64,000 nucleotides of DNA from assembly GCF_900539655.1 (NCBI RefSeq), contig NZ_UQCR01000009.1. One strand, 5' to 3'. This document shows, one piece after another, positions 47,976-57,842 of the stretch; position 1 is the first letter of the stretch; every line of letters starts with the position of its first letter. This DNA comes from an uncultured Robinsoniella sp. (GTDB taxonomy: Bacteria > Bacillota > Clostridia > Lachnospirales > Lachnospiraceae). The notes under the pieces are model-generated. The model ran no database searches. It saw nothing but the letters and a program-made list of their open reading frames with translations, and had not been told where the DNA came from. Both the position numbers and the translations under genes were made by a program.

Positions 47976-48740
47976 TCAACCGAAACGGCCTGTTATATAT
48001 TCTTCGGTTTTTTTCTCTTTTGGATTGTTGAATATCTGTATAGTATCTCCATATTCTACCACATCACCAGTCAGGAAGAAAGCAGTTTTATCAGAAATAC
48101 GGCTGGCCTGCTGCATATTGTGGGTAACGATTACGATTGTATACTTTTCTTTTAACTCAACAGCCAGATCTTCAATTTTCAAAGTGGAAATCGGGTCCAG
48201 CGCACTGGTTGGCTCATCCATTAAAATAACTTCCGGTTCAACAGCAAGTGCTCTGGCAATACAGATACGCTGTTGCTGCCCCCCGGACATTCCCAGGGCA
48301 TTTTTCTTTAATCTGTCTTTTACTTCATCCCAGATTGCCGCCTGTTTTAAGCTGCGCTCTACGATTTCATCTAATTCCTGTTTCTTTTTGATTCCGTGGA
48401 TTCTGGGACCATATGCAACATTGTCATAGATACTCATCGGAAATGGATTTGGCTGCTGGAAGACCATACCTACCCGCTGACGCAGTTTAATTACGTCGAT
48501 ATCGCCGTAAATATCCACATCATCCAAATATATCTTACCTTCCACTTTTACCCCTTCAATCAAATCATTCATACGGTTGATTGTTTTCAAAAAAGTAGAC
48601 TTTCCACATCCGGAAGGACCTATAAAGGCAACAATTTCATTTTTTGGTATATTCATATTAATCTTATTCAGAGCTTTAAAGTCCCCGTAATAAAGATTCA
48701 GATCCTCAACACGAAATTTCGGATTTTCTATCGGATTCAT
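47976..48740 (-). CDS. pstB: Phosphate ABC transporter ATPase
   Basis: [32 protein letters not shown]. Confidence 0.97.
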   Translation of the reverse strand: MNPIENPKFRVEDLNLYYGDFKALNKINMNIPKNEIVAFIGPSGCGKSTFLKTINRMNDLIEGVKVEGKIYLDDVDIYGDIDVIKLRQRVGMVFQQPNPFPMSIYDNVAYGPRIHGIKKKQELDEIVERSLKQAAIWDEVKDRLKKNALGMSGGQQQRICIARALAVEPEVILMDEPTSALDPISTLKIEDLAVELKEKYTIVIVTHNMQQASRISDKTAFFLTGDVVEYGDTIQIFNNPKEKKTEEYITGRFG

Positions 48741-48745
48741 AATGC

Positions 48746-49927
48746 CTACTCTCCTTTTTTACTCAGAAGTTTTTTTGTAACCATTTTAGATGCAAAGTTT
48801 AAGACAATGATGATCACCAGCAGAACGATACCAATAGCGCATGCCGTAGTCAAATCATTTTCTTCTTTCATCAAGGTATACATTTTAATCGTTAAAGTAG
48901 CGCCGCTTGCAGAGTTTCCAAACAGGGCTCCCGGAATCTGTGCAACGGTACCTGCTGTTAACAGAAGCGCTGCTGATTCTCCTACAATTCGACCGATACT
49001 AAGCAATACCGCAACTAAAATTCCCGGCAGTGCATTTGGAAGAACTACCTTGGATACTGTCTGCAGCCTGGTTGCTCCAAGTCCTAAGGAAGACTCCCGA
49101 TAAGTTCTGGGAATAGCTTTTAATGCCTCTTCCGTGGTGGTTATTATCGTAGGAAGCAGAATAATACTCAGGGTTAACGCGCCTGCCAGCAGGGAATACT
49201 GCAGTCCGCATATTTTTACAAAGAACAGCGAACCGAACAAACCATAAATAATGGATGGTATACCTGCAAGATTTTCGATGGCAAAATGGATGGTCCTCAT
49301 CAATTTACCAGGTTTCGCATATTCAATCAGATAAACAGCGGATAATATTCCAATTGGCGCTGCTATCAGAAGTGATAGTCCAATCATATACAGCGTAGTT
49401 ACGAGCATCGGGCGGATACCACCGCCTGGCCTTACCACTTTTATCTTTAAATTGGTATCCTTCAGTCCCGCAATCTGATTTTTTAAATCAGTTACTGCCT
49501 TTTTTACGGATTCAGGGTTCTTGGGATCCGTCTCTTTTACCAGAGAATCCACACTGATGCTCCCTATCTTAGAAAGTATATCTTTCTTTTCAATTGGATA
49601 AGCTACTTTCTTGGGATTTAAAGCGTCTTTAAGAGGAGATGTTTTATCCATTTCACTGATATAGACTTTTTTATCCTCGTTTATATTCAGGGTAATTCCA
49701 AGGGAGGGAATATATCCTTCCTGTCCGTTATCCGGCATATCTGCAGCAACCTGTGAAGTTACATAAGTAGTTTTGTCCTCATAATTCCTGGTCAGGAAAT
49801 TCAAATTAATTCCCGGTAATCCCTTTACCACAATAAATCCTATGATGACAACAAGTATAAACACCGTAAATCCGGCAGAACCATAAATCAGGCCTTTTAC
49901 AATAGAGTCTTTCGTTTTCCTGCTCAT
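48746..49927 (-). CDS. pstA: Phosphate ABC transporter permease PstA with a large extracytoplasmic insertion
   Basis: [28 protein letters not shown]. 393 aa versus 295 aa for the neighbouring PstC. Confidence 0.93.
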   Translation of the reverse strand: MSRKTKDSIVKGLIYGSAGFTVFILVVIIGFIVVKGLPGINLNFLTRNYEDKTTYVTSQVAADMPDNGQEGYIPSLGITLNINEDKKVYISEMDKTSPLKDALNPKKVAYPIEKKDILSKIGSISVDSLVKETDPKNPESVKKAVTDLKNQIAGLKDTNLKIKVVRPGGGIRPMLVTTLYMIGLSLLIAAPIGILSAVYLIEYAKPGKLMRTIHFAIENLAGIPSIIYGLFGSLFFVKICGLQYSLLAGALTLSIILLPTIITTTEEALKAIPRTYRESSLGLGATRLQTVSKVVLPNALPGILVAVLLSIGRIVGESAALLLTAGTVAQIPGALFGNSASGATLTIKMYTLMKEENDLTTACAIGIVLLVIIIVLNFASKMVTKKLLSKKGE

Positions 49928-50811
49928 GATTTTTCACCTGCCTTGCGTGTAATTTTTAATAAGGTTAAATTAACAATCATAATAAAGATAAATAAGATAA
50001 CACCGGTTGCAAAGAGCATTTCCTGCTGTCTTCCGGATGCATAGCTCATCTCCATGGCGATATTCGTTGTAAGCGGACGTACCATAGACCAGATACTTTC
50101 CGGAAGGCCCTGTGTGGGATTTCCCGCTATCATCATAACAGCCATCGTCTCACCAATTGCACGTCCAACGCCCAAAACGGTAGCCGAAAGAATACCTGAC
50201 TTTGCTGCCGGAAGCACTGCTTTAAAAATCGTCTGCACCTTGGATGCCCCAAGGCCAAGGGACGCTTCCCGGTATGATTTCGGTACTGATTTTATCGCAC
50301 TTTCTGATAGGGAAACAATAGTCGGTAATATCATAATTGTTAATACAATGATTACTGCCAGCAATGACTGTCCCTGCACTTGCGGGGATATCTCCTTGAT
50401 AATCGGAACGATTACACCCAGACCAAAAGCACCGTATAGAACAGAAGGAATGCCAGCAAGTAATTCAACTGCTGGCCTGATTACCTTCACGGCACCTTTT
50501 GGTGCTATTTCAGCAATGAAAACTGCTGTGAGGACACCAATCGGCACACCGATTACAATTGCTCCTGCTGTAGCCAGAACAGAAGCTACAATCATATAGA
50601 AGACTCCGTATACATTTTGTCCGGGAGCCCATCTGGTTCCAGTGATGAAATCGATAAAACTGTAGCTGTCAGGACCAAAAAAAGGTCGTAATCCTTTGTA
50701 AAAAACAAATACTATAATTGCTATTACCGAAATAACTCCCACCAGGGCGCAGAGCAAGAAGATTCCTTCTACTACTTTTTCAAATACGTCTCTCTTTACA
50801 TTTCGGTTCAT
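49924..50811 (-). CDS. pstC: Phosphate ABC transporter permease PstC
   Basis: ELLAGIPSVLYG, GRAIGETMAV, LTTNIAMEM. Confidence 0.96.
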   Translation of the reverse strand: MNRNVKRDVFEKVVEGIFLLCALVGVISVIAIIVFVFYKGLRPFFGPDSYSFIDFITGTRWAPGQNVYGVFYMIVASVLATAGAIVIGVPIGVLTAVFIAEIAPKGAVKVIRPAVELLAGIPSVLYGAFGLGVIVPIIKEISPQVQGQSLLAVIIVLTIMILPTIVSLSESAIKSVPKSYREASLGLGASKVQTIFKAVLPAAKSGILSATVLGVGRAIGETMAVMMIAGNPTQGLPESIWSMVRPLTTNIAMEMSYASGRQQEMLFATGVILFIFIMIVNLTLLKITRKAGEKS

Positions 50812-50972
50812 AATTTCCTCCAGGGCCGCAATTACTGCGGCTTAAATTTATGCAGCCTGATGCATTTTTGTAAATGCTCATAGCAAGATGCAGGTCCCGC
50901 CCTGCTTATTATTGAAGCAAAGCGGGACGCTTTTCGTATATTAATTTTGCAGATGCATTACTGATCAGCCGA

Positions 50973-51920
50973 TTAGTCTACGCGGATACCGCCGTGGTTA
51001 TCTACAGCCGCCTGTCCTTCTTCGGAGATTGCAAATTCTAAGAATGCTTTTCCTGCATCTGTTACTTTATCATCATAGTAGCAGAAAAGGAATGGTCTGC
51101 TCAGAGGATATTCTCCGGATTTTGCTAATTCAGCAGTTGGTTCTACGCCTGCTACTGTAAGAGATTTTACTGTGTCATCGATGAAAGAGAAGGATACATA
51201 ACCGATTGCATTTTCATTTCCTGCAACAGCTGCCTGTACCGGACCATTTCCTTCAGATACAGATGCATTTCCGGAAAGTCCGCCTGCATCTTCCAGTTTA
51301 ATTAACTCTTCAAATGCACTTCTTGTTCCTGAACTTTCTTCACGGGATACTACGAAGATATCTTCATCATTTCCGCCAACATCTTTCCAGTTTGTAATTT
51401 TACCGGAGTAAATATCTGCCAGCTGCTCTTCTGTAATGTCTTTTACTGCTTCATTAGCAGGATTTACAATAATTGCAATTCCGTCATACGCGAAAACTTC
51501 TGTCTTTAATGCGTCTTCTTTTTCTTCATCCTTTATTTCTCTGGATGCAGCACCGATATTGTTTGTTCCGGATTTTGTATCTGTGATACCTGCTGAGGAA
51601 CCGCTTCCTGTATACTCGATGGTTACATCAGGATTCTGAGCTTCAAACTCATCTTTCATATCGTTTAAGATCTTCTCTACGGAAGTAGATCCTGTAATTA
51701 CTATATTTCCACTGATATCTCCTGCGGGAGCTTCGCTTCCGTCTGCACTTGCTGACTCTGATGAAGCGGCTTCAGTTGTTGCTGCCTGTGTGTCACCAGC
51801 CCCTGCTTCTGTAGCTGCTGTTGTGCTTGGTGAGGTCTCTGTTGTTCCTGTATTGCTTCCGCAAGCAACCAGTCCTAATGTCATAATTCCAACTACCGCC
51901 ATTGCGATTAATTTCTTCAT
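50973..51920 (-). CDS. pstS: Phosphate-binding lipoprotein
   Basis: Lipobox LVAC, GSTS, GSSAG, ASR, REESSGTR, YPLSRPF. Confidence 0.96.
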   Translation of the reverse strand: MKKLIAMAVVGIMTLGLVACGSNTGTTETSPSTTAATEAGAGDTQAATTEAASSESASADGSEAPAGDISGNIVITGSTSVEKILNDMKDEFEAQNPDVTIEYTGSGSSAGITDTKSGTNNIGAASREIKDEEKEDALKTEVFAYDGIAIIVNPANEAVKDITEEQLADIYSGKITNWKDVGGNDEDIFVVSREESSGTRSAFEELIKLEDAGGLSGNASVSEGNGPVQAAVAGNENAIGYVSFSFIDDTVKSLTVAGVEPTAELAKSGEYPLSRPFLFCYYDDKVTDAGKAFLEFAISEEGQAAVDNHGGIRVD

Positions 51921-51965
51921 AATTTTTTCCTCCAAAACTTTTCTAATTTGTTCTTACAAGAAAGT

Positions 51966-52019
51966 ATTCTAATAGATGCGTATAAAGATTATATATTGTA
52001 TATGTAAAGTTTATGTAAA
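51966..52019 (-). promoter_or_regulatory. Pho-box-like direct repeats and -10 element of the pstS promoter
   Basis: Minus strand TTTACAT-AAAC-TTTACAT (11-bp period), a third TTTATAC 22 bp further on, then TAGAAT. Confidence 0.7.
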
Positions 52020-52097
52020 ATCAAAAATTATACTTATAAAAATAAAAAATGCTTATTTTTGACAGCGGAAAAATCAGTAAAAACCATTTTTCATTAC

Positions 52098-52148
52098 AAA
52101 AAAACAGCTGTTTTATCAAGAATTTTCCTGAAAAACAGCTGTTTTTTT
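52098..52148 (-). terminator. Terminator after phoR
   Basis: AAAAAAACAGCTGTTTT...AAAAACAGCTGTTTTTTT inverted repeat. Confidence 0.7.
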
Positions 52149-52157
52149 ATATTACAA

Positions 52158-53819
52158 TTATAAATGGATTGTAATTTCCGTTCCTTCATCGGGAGTACTG
52201 TGAACTTCAATATATCCGCCCTGGTATTCCACCACATGCTTTACAATAGAAAGTCCTAATCCCGTACCACCCGTCTGTTTGGAATGGCTTTTATCAATCC
52301 TGTAAAATCTTTCAAAAATACGTTCCTGGTATTTGCTGGGGATACCGATTCCGGTATCCGACACCCTGATCACCGGATGCTGATCCTCTTCTGAGATAGA
52401 AATCGTTACCTTTCCACCCTGTCTGTTATACTTAATACCATTTTCGCAAAGATTATAAATCAAATCCAGCATCATTGCGCGGACAGCCACCATTTTTACC
52501 GGAGAGCCCTCAAGATGCAGGGTTACCATATTCCGCTCTGCTACCGGCAATAAGCGCTCTATAATTTCCGATGAAATTTCATACAAATCCACAAGTTCTT
52601 TCGTGGTTCGTGCATCTTTTTCATCCAGTCGGCTGATTTTAATGATATCCTCCACCAGAGAAATCAGACGTGCTGCCTCTTTGTAGATTTTACCGGCGAA
52701 CTGTGGAATATCCTGGGGCTGTACCATGCCGTTCTGCATCAGTTCCGCATATCCGGAAATCGATGTCAGCGGAGTTTTCAGCTCATGGGATACATTTGCT
52801 GAAAATTCCCGACGCATTTTCTCAGCCTTGTATTTCTCGGTAATATCCAGTACAAACAGAACCGCTCCCTGGATGCTTCCTTCCTGGATAACCGGATTGC
52901 CAAAAAATTGAATGGTAGTTTCATCCAGCTTTAGTATCTCACTGTGGGTTTCCCCTTTCATAGACTTCTCCACTGTATTCTGAAGCTGCTGGCTGCGGTT
53001 GAACAGTGAAATATTCTTCCCGATATATTGCATACTTGGTGCTCCCAGTATATTTTTACAGCTCTGGTTAATAAATACAATGCGTGATTCTTTATCCAGC
53101 AGGATTAAGCCTTCATTCATATTCGTGGTAATGGTATTAAACTTTTCCTTCTGCTCAATCAGATCCGTCATCTGGTCCTTAATCTGATAATTTTGTTTTT
53201 CAATCCTGTTCAGCAGCGGAAACAACTCGTTAAATGATACCTTCTGAGTTGGATGCTGCAAATCAATATTATTAATATTAGAGATAATACCATTTGCAAG
53301 CTTTGTGGCAATCAGGAAAGAGCCCAGCAGTATAATCAGCGAAATCACGCATGCCGCTGGCAGAACCTTCATAAATGTAGGAATCAGGCCGTCAATGGTA
53401 CCGGATACCCTTAAGAAGCTACCTGTTGACAATTTTATAGCATAATAATACGTATGCTTTCTCAATGTGTCTGAGGTTCTTTTGGAAATGCCGGTTCCAT
53501 TCTTAGCTGCATCCTTAATTTCCGGGCGCTCCAGATGATTTTCCATTTTACCGGCATCTGCCTGGCTGTCGTAAATAACTGTTCCGTCCGGACTTATATA
53601 GGTGATTCTGGAAGGTGTCTGTGCCTCTATTTCATCCAAAAAAGAAACAGGGTCCGCCAGGCCCTCATAGGCCTTGGCGATGTACACTGCTTCCGTCTTT
53701 AATTCGTTTTTTAGTTGTTGCTGCATATTATAGTTAAAAAACAGTACAAATGCAACCGTTATGAAAATAACAGTTAAAATCCCCAGTCCAAATACATTTT
53801 TATAGATCTTCTTTTTCAT
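52158..53819 (-). CDS. phoR: Phosphate regulon sensor kinase (PAS, HisKA, HATPase)
   Basis: MENHLERPEI, EFSANVSHELKTPLTSI, FERFYRIDKS, GGTGLGLSIVKH. Upstream of the pst genes. Confidence 0.9.
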   Translation of the reverse strand: MKKKIYKNVFGLGILTVIFITVAFVLFFNYNMQQQLKNELKTEAVYIAKAYEGLADPVSFLDEIEAQTPSRITYISPDGTVIYDSQADAGKMENHLERPEIKDAAKNGTGISKRTSDTLRKHTYYYAIKLSTGSFLRVSGTIDGLIPTFMKVLPAACVISLIILLGSFLIATKLANGIISNINNIDLQHPTQKVSFNELFPLLNRIEKQNYQIKDQMTDLIEQKEKFNTITTNMNEGLILLDKESRIVFINQSCKNILGAPSMQYIGKNISLFNRSQQLQNTVEKSMKGETHSEILKLDETTIQFFGNPVIQEGSIQGAVLFVLDITEKYKAEKMRREFSANVSHELKTPLTSISGYAELMQNGMVQPQDIPQFAGKIYKEAARLISLVEDIIKISRLDEKDARTTKELVDLYEISSEIIERLLPVAERNMVTLHLEGSPVKMVAVRAMMLDLIYNLCENGIKYNRQGGKVTISISEEDQHPVIRVSDTGIGIPSKYQERIFERFYRIDKSHSKQTGGTGLGLSIVKHVVEYQGGYIEVHSTPDEGTEITIHL

Positions 53820-54499
53820 TCTTTATTTCCCATTTTATAGCCTACTCCGCGAACGGTCTCTATCATATTGCCGCTGGAACCCAATTTCTGTCTCAGCGAT
53901 CCTATATGAACATCAACGGTACGGCTTTCCCCTTCGTAATCATAATTCCAGATTACTTCCAGTATTTTATCCCGGGAAAGTACGATTCCCTGGTTTTTCA
54001 TCAAATACGTAAGAAGTTCAAATTCTTTGTAGGTCAAAACAACCTCTTTACCACTGACCGTTACTTCATGCTTCTGGATATCCAGACGAATATCACCAAG
54101 CACCATCATATCGGTGGAAATGCTTTTCTGACTTCTGCGAAGGACTGCTTTGATTCTGGAAATCAGTTCCATTACGCCAAAGGGTTTCGTTACATAATCA
54201 TCCGCGCCCACGTCCAGTCCCTTAACCTTATCGTATTCCGTAGATTTCGCTGTCAGCATAATAACAGGGATATCCTTGTATTCATTTTTAGCACGCAGTT
54301 TTTTCAGAATACTGATGCCGTCTTCATCCGGCAGCATGATATCTAACAAAATCAAATCCGGGTTCCCGTCTTTCAAGCCTTTGTAAAACTCTGCCGCATT
54401 CTCAAAACCAATGGCTTCGTACCCGGATGTTTTCAGGGCATACGCAACCAACTCTCTGATATTCATATCATCTTCTACACAATAAATCATCTGACTCAT
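53816..54499 (-). CDS. phoP: Phosphate regulon response regulator (PhoB/PhoP)
   Basis: VEDD, LLDIMLP, GADDYVTKPF, SRTVDVHI, TVRGVGY. Confidence 0.88.
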   Translation of the reverse strand: MSQMIYCVEDDMNIRELVAYALKTSGYEAIGFENAAEFYKGLKDGNPDLILLDIMLPDEDGISILKKLRAKNEYKDIPVIMLTAKSTEYDKVKGLDVGADDYVTKPFGVMELISRIKAVLRRSQKSISTDMMVLGDIRLDIQKHEVTVSGKEVVLTYKEFELLTYLMKNQGIVLSRDKILEVIWNYDYEGESRTVDVHIGSLRQKLGSSGNMIETVRGVGYKMGNKE

Positions 54500-54540
54500 A
54501 AACTTATCGAAACCTCCATATGCCTTGTTTACAGTGTATT

Positions 54541-56217
54541 TTAATGTTCACTCATTACGTATCCTGCCAGATTATAGGCATGATCTGATATCCTTTCCAG
54601 GTTACTGATAATATCCAGGAAAATAACTCCGTTTGTAGGGTTGCACAACTGCTTGGAAAGGCGTTCGATATGCGTTTCACGCAGTTCTTCTTCCATGTTA
54701 TCAACCATATCTTCATAGGTTACCACTTTCGTTGCAGCATCAATGCTTTCCTCTTCCCTTGCCTTCATAGCATAAACGAAAGAGTTGGTAACAAGTTCCA
54801 TAATTTCGCTTAATTCTTTCCCAGCTTCTTCGGAGAACTGAATATCATCCTTTGCTTTGTTTTCCGCCAGCTCGGCAATATTTTCCGTATGGTCACCCAC
54901 ACGCTCAATGTCGCTTACGGAATAAAACAGATTGTTAATGATAGTGTGCTGGTCTTCATTTAAGGAAAGATTACTTATTTTTACCAGATATTCGGTGATC
55001 ATCTTCTCCATGCTGTTAATGGTCTTTTCCGTTTTATATACAGCATCTATTTTTTCAGTGTCATTATGAAGTACGGCATCAAATGCGTTCTGCATATTTG
55101 TCTGGGCAATTCTTCCCATATGTACAACTTCGAGAATTGCATTTTCAACTGCGAAAGTCGGAGTTTCTAAAATACGGTCATCCAAATGACGCAATGTTAT
55201 TACTTCGTCTGATTCGCTTCCTTCCAGAACATCGCCGCCCTTGTCCGAAACAATAAGACCTGACAGCTGAACCAGTTTGTTGGCAAATGGGAACAATATA
55301 ATCGTACAGATAATATTAAATATAGTATGGAAAATGGAAATGCCTACGCTACCGATTCCCGCCGCCGCAAAGACCGGATTCAGCTGGAATATGCCAAACA
55401 TCGCCGCTCCGAATATTACCGCTCCTATCATATTAAAGGATAAATGGATCACCGCTGCACGCTTTGCATTTCTGGGTGCTCCAATACTGGATAAAAGGGC
55501 AGTAAAACAAGAACCTATATTAGAACCAAGGCTTATGTAAATGGCTGAACTTGCTGTAACAACGCCGCCGGTAGCCGCCAGTGTCTGGAGAATACCAACA
55601 GAAGCAGAAGAACTCTGCATAATTCCGGTAACCAACGCTCCGATTGCAATTCCAAGAAATGGATTGCTTCCGAACAAAGCAAATGCCTTTGTGAAGATTG
55701 GCAGCTCCGTATAGGAAGAAGCAGCATTTTTCATAAAATCAAGACCAATGAATAATAAGCCCAGACCAATGATAATTTCACCAATTGTTTTCTTTTTCTG
55801 CTTTTTGGAGAACATTATAAAAAATGCTCCAATCCCCACTAATAGGGGTGCATAAAGTGATGGTGATACAGCTTTAAAACTATCGCCCAGCTGTCCCAGG
55901 GATACGATCCATGATGTGATACAGGTACCAATATTAGCACCCATGATTACGCCTACAGCCTGTCCCAGATTCATTATGCCTGCATTTACAAATCCAACTA
56001 CCATAACCGTAGTTGCACCACTGCTTTGAATAATTGCTGTGATTAAGGCTCCAACCAGAATTGCCATTACCCGGTTGTTCGTCAGAACTCCCAGAAGCTC
56101 CCTCATTTTGTTACCGGTTGATTTCTGGATTCCATCCGACATGCTGTGCATACCGTATAGGAACATTCCAAGGCCTCCGCAAAACATAAACAAATTCTGT
56201 ACGTCATTAATTGACAT
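54541..56217 (-). CDS. Na+/phosphate cotransporter, second paralog
   Basis: QSSG and QSSS repeats, GANIGT, ERVGDH and ERISDH PhoU-like repeats. Confidence 0.93.
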   Translation of the reverse strand: MSINDVQNLFMFCGGLGMFLYGMHSMSDGIQKSTGNKMRELLGVLTNNRVMAILVGALITAIIQSSGATTVMVVGFVNAGIMNLGQAVGVIMGANIGTCITSWIVSLGQLGDSFKAVSPSLYAPLLVGIGAFFIMFSKKQKKKTIGEIIIGLGLLFIGLDFMKNAASSYTELPIFTKAFALFGSNPFLGIAIGALVTGIMQSSSASVGILQTLAATGGVVTASSAIYISLGSNIGSCFTALLSSIGAPRNAKRAAVIHLSFNMIGAVIFGAAMFGIFQLNPVFAAAGIGSVGISIFHTIFNIICTIILFPFANKLVQLSGLIVSDKGGDVLEGSESDEVITLRHLDDRILETPTFAVENAILEVVHMGRIAQTNMQNAFDAVLHNDTEKIDAVYKTEKTINSMEKMITEYLVKISNLSLNEDQHTIINNLFYSVSDIERVGDHTENIAELAENKAKDDIQFSEEAGKELSEIMELVTNSFVYAMKAREEESIDAATKVVTYEDMVDNMEEELRETHIERLSKQLCNPTNGVIFLDIISNLERISDHAYNLAGYVMSEH

Positions 56218-56307
56218 CTGATAATCCTCCTAATTAAAACAAATCTTTTTCATAATTATAGAAATTCACAAAAAAATAGGGATGCTGCTACACCCCTCTC
56301 TTAGATT

Positions 56308-56700
56308 TTATATCTGTAATCTCCATTCAAGATCACCATGAGCTAATCCAAGAATTAAAGATTCCGCAGTTGCAATATTGGTTGCAATTGGGATATTATA
56401 TTTATCACAACATTTTGATATTGTATAAATATCCGGCTCCTTAGGATCTACCATCGCCGGGTTGTAGAAAAAGATTACCATATCCAGGCCATTTCTCTCA
56501 AGCATCTCTGTAAACTGCTTATCTCCTCCCACACTTCCCGGGAGAAACTTGTGGACGCGAAGATTTGTAACATCTTCTACACGGCGTCCCGTAATTCCTG
56601 TCGCATAAATTTCATGTTTGCTAAGTATATGCTTATATGCAAGACAAAAATCTTCAATTAAACTTTTTTTACTGTTATGTGCAATAATACCGATATTCAT
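56308..56700 (-). CDS. mgsA: Methylglyoxal synthase-like protein (divergent)
   Basis: IGIIAHNSKK, YATGITG, GGDKQ, EPD, IPIATNIATA. Confidence 0.75.
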   Translation of the reverse strand: MNIGIIAHNSKKSLIEDFCLAYKHILSKHEIYATGITGRRVEDVTNLRVHKFLPGSVGGDKQFTEMLERNGLDMVIFFYNPAMVDPKEPDIYTISKCCDKYNIPIATNIATAESLILGLAHGDLEWRLQI

Positions 56701-56895
56701 CTAATCATCCTTTTTTTCTCTTCTTTCTACCGATTATAACATATAAATAGGGAAAATGGAAAATGTTTTTTTGTTTTTATCTAAATTTGTAAAAAATTGA
56801 AAAAATTTCCAGTTTAGAATTTCAATTAATTCATATACTAGGAAGGCAATAACAAATTGCAAATAAAAAAAACAGACAGAAAAAAAGGAGGGGTT

Positions 56896-57153
56896 ATGAT
56901 GTCAAACAGATCATCTAACACAGCAGCAGTACCAGAAGCAAAAGGAGCTTTAGACCGTTTCAAATTTGAGGTAGCTAACGAATTAGGAGTTCCGTTAACA
57001 GATGGTTACAATGGTAACTTAACTTCCAAACAGAATGGTAGCGTTGGTGGCTATATGGTTAAGAAAATGATCGAAGCTCAGGAAAGACAGATGTCCGGCG
57101 GAGCAAGCATGCCAGCAGGTAACATGTCAGCAGGAAGTACTTCTCAGTACTAA
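56896..57153 (+). CDS. Alpha/beta-type small acid-soluble spore protein
   Basis: VPEAKGALDRFKFEVANELGV...LTSKQNGSVGGYMVKKMI. AAGGAGG RBS. A forespore-type GTTTA-N15-CATATACTA element lies upstream. Confidence 0.95.
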   Translation: MMSNRSSNTAAVPEAKGALDRFKFEVANELGVPLTDGYNGNLTSKQNGSVGGYMVKKMIEAQERQMSGGASMPAGNMSAGSTSQY

Positions 57154-57183
57154 TTTCAAAAACGAAATTCTTTCGTCTTTGAC

Positions 57184-57227
57184 AAAGAAAGGGCCCAGAT
57201 AATTTTATCTGGGCTTCTTTCTTTTTT
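57184..57227. terminator. Bidirectional terminator
   Basis: AAAGAAAGGGCCCAGATAA/TTATCTGGGCTTCTTTCTTTTTT. Confidence 0.8.
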
Positions 57228-57233
57228 GTCTGC

Positions 57234-57295
57234 CATTAACTTTATTCTGCTAATAATATTATTCTGCTAATAACTTTATTTCTGTTATTAACTTT
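57234..57295. repeat. Tandem repeat, ~17-bp period, ~3.5 copies
   Basis: CATTAACTTTATTCTGC / TAATAATATTATTCTGC / TAATAACTTTATTTCTGT / TATTAACTTT. Confidence 0.75.
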
Positions 57296-57317
57296 CTTTT
57301 TGTCTTTTCGCTTTTAT

Positions 57318-57842
57318 CTATAAGTACACATTGCCGGTTACATCACCGTTGATTACAAAATATGCAGCATTTTCTTCCGGTTTTAAGTATACGTCTATGG
57401 ATTTAATATCCGCAGCTTTGTTTTTCAAAACCTTCGTCCAATGTTCTTTTGCCTGTTTTGTAATATCTTCCACATTGATTTCTTTTCCAAGATACTGCAG
57501 AAAGATCGTTTCTTTTACAACTGCTTTATTCGCCGGAGCTTTTTTAGCTGCTGGCTTTTTCTCAACCGGTGCTTTTTCAGCTGCAGGTTTTGCTGCTTTC
57601 GCTGCTGGCTTTGCTGCTGTTTTCTCTGCTGTAGTTTTAGCTGTAGATTTTGCTGCCGTAGTTTTCGCTGCCGGAGCCTTCTCCGCTGTTTTCTCTTCTG
57701 TTGCTTCCGTTACTTTTTCTTCTGCTGTTTTTGCAGCCGGCTCTGCCTTCTTGGCTGCTCTCTTTGATGGTGTTTTTGTTGCTTTAGTGGCTTCTGTCGT
57801 AGCTGCTGATGTCTCTTTTACGTTTGCTTTTACGGTTTTCAT
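57318..57842 (-). CDS. Ala/Lys/Thr/Pro-rich protein with a conserved C-terminal domain (DUF6465-like)
   Basis: GAGGAGG RBS, histone-H1-like low-complexity N-terminus, C-terminal LQYLGKEI...VYLKPEENAAYFVING. Confidence 0.75.
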   Translation of the reverse strand: MKTVKANVKETSAATTEATKATKTPSKRAAKKAEPAAKTAEEKVTEATEEKTAEKAPAAKTTAAKSTAKTTAEKTAAKPAAKAAKPAAEKAPVEKKPAAKKAPANKAVVKETIFLQYLGKEINVEDITKQAKEHWTKVLKNKAADIKSIDVYLKPEENAAYFVINGDVTGNVYL

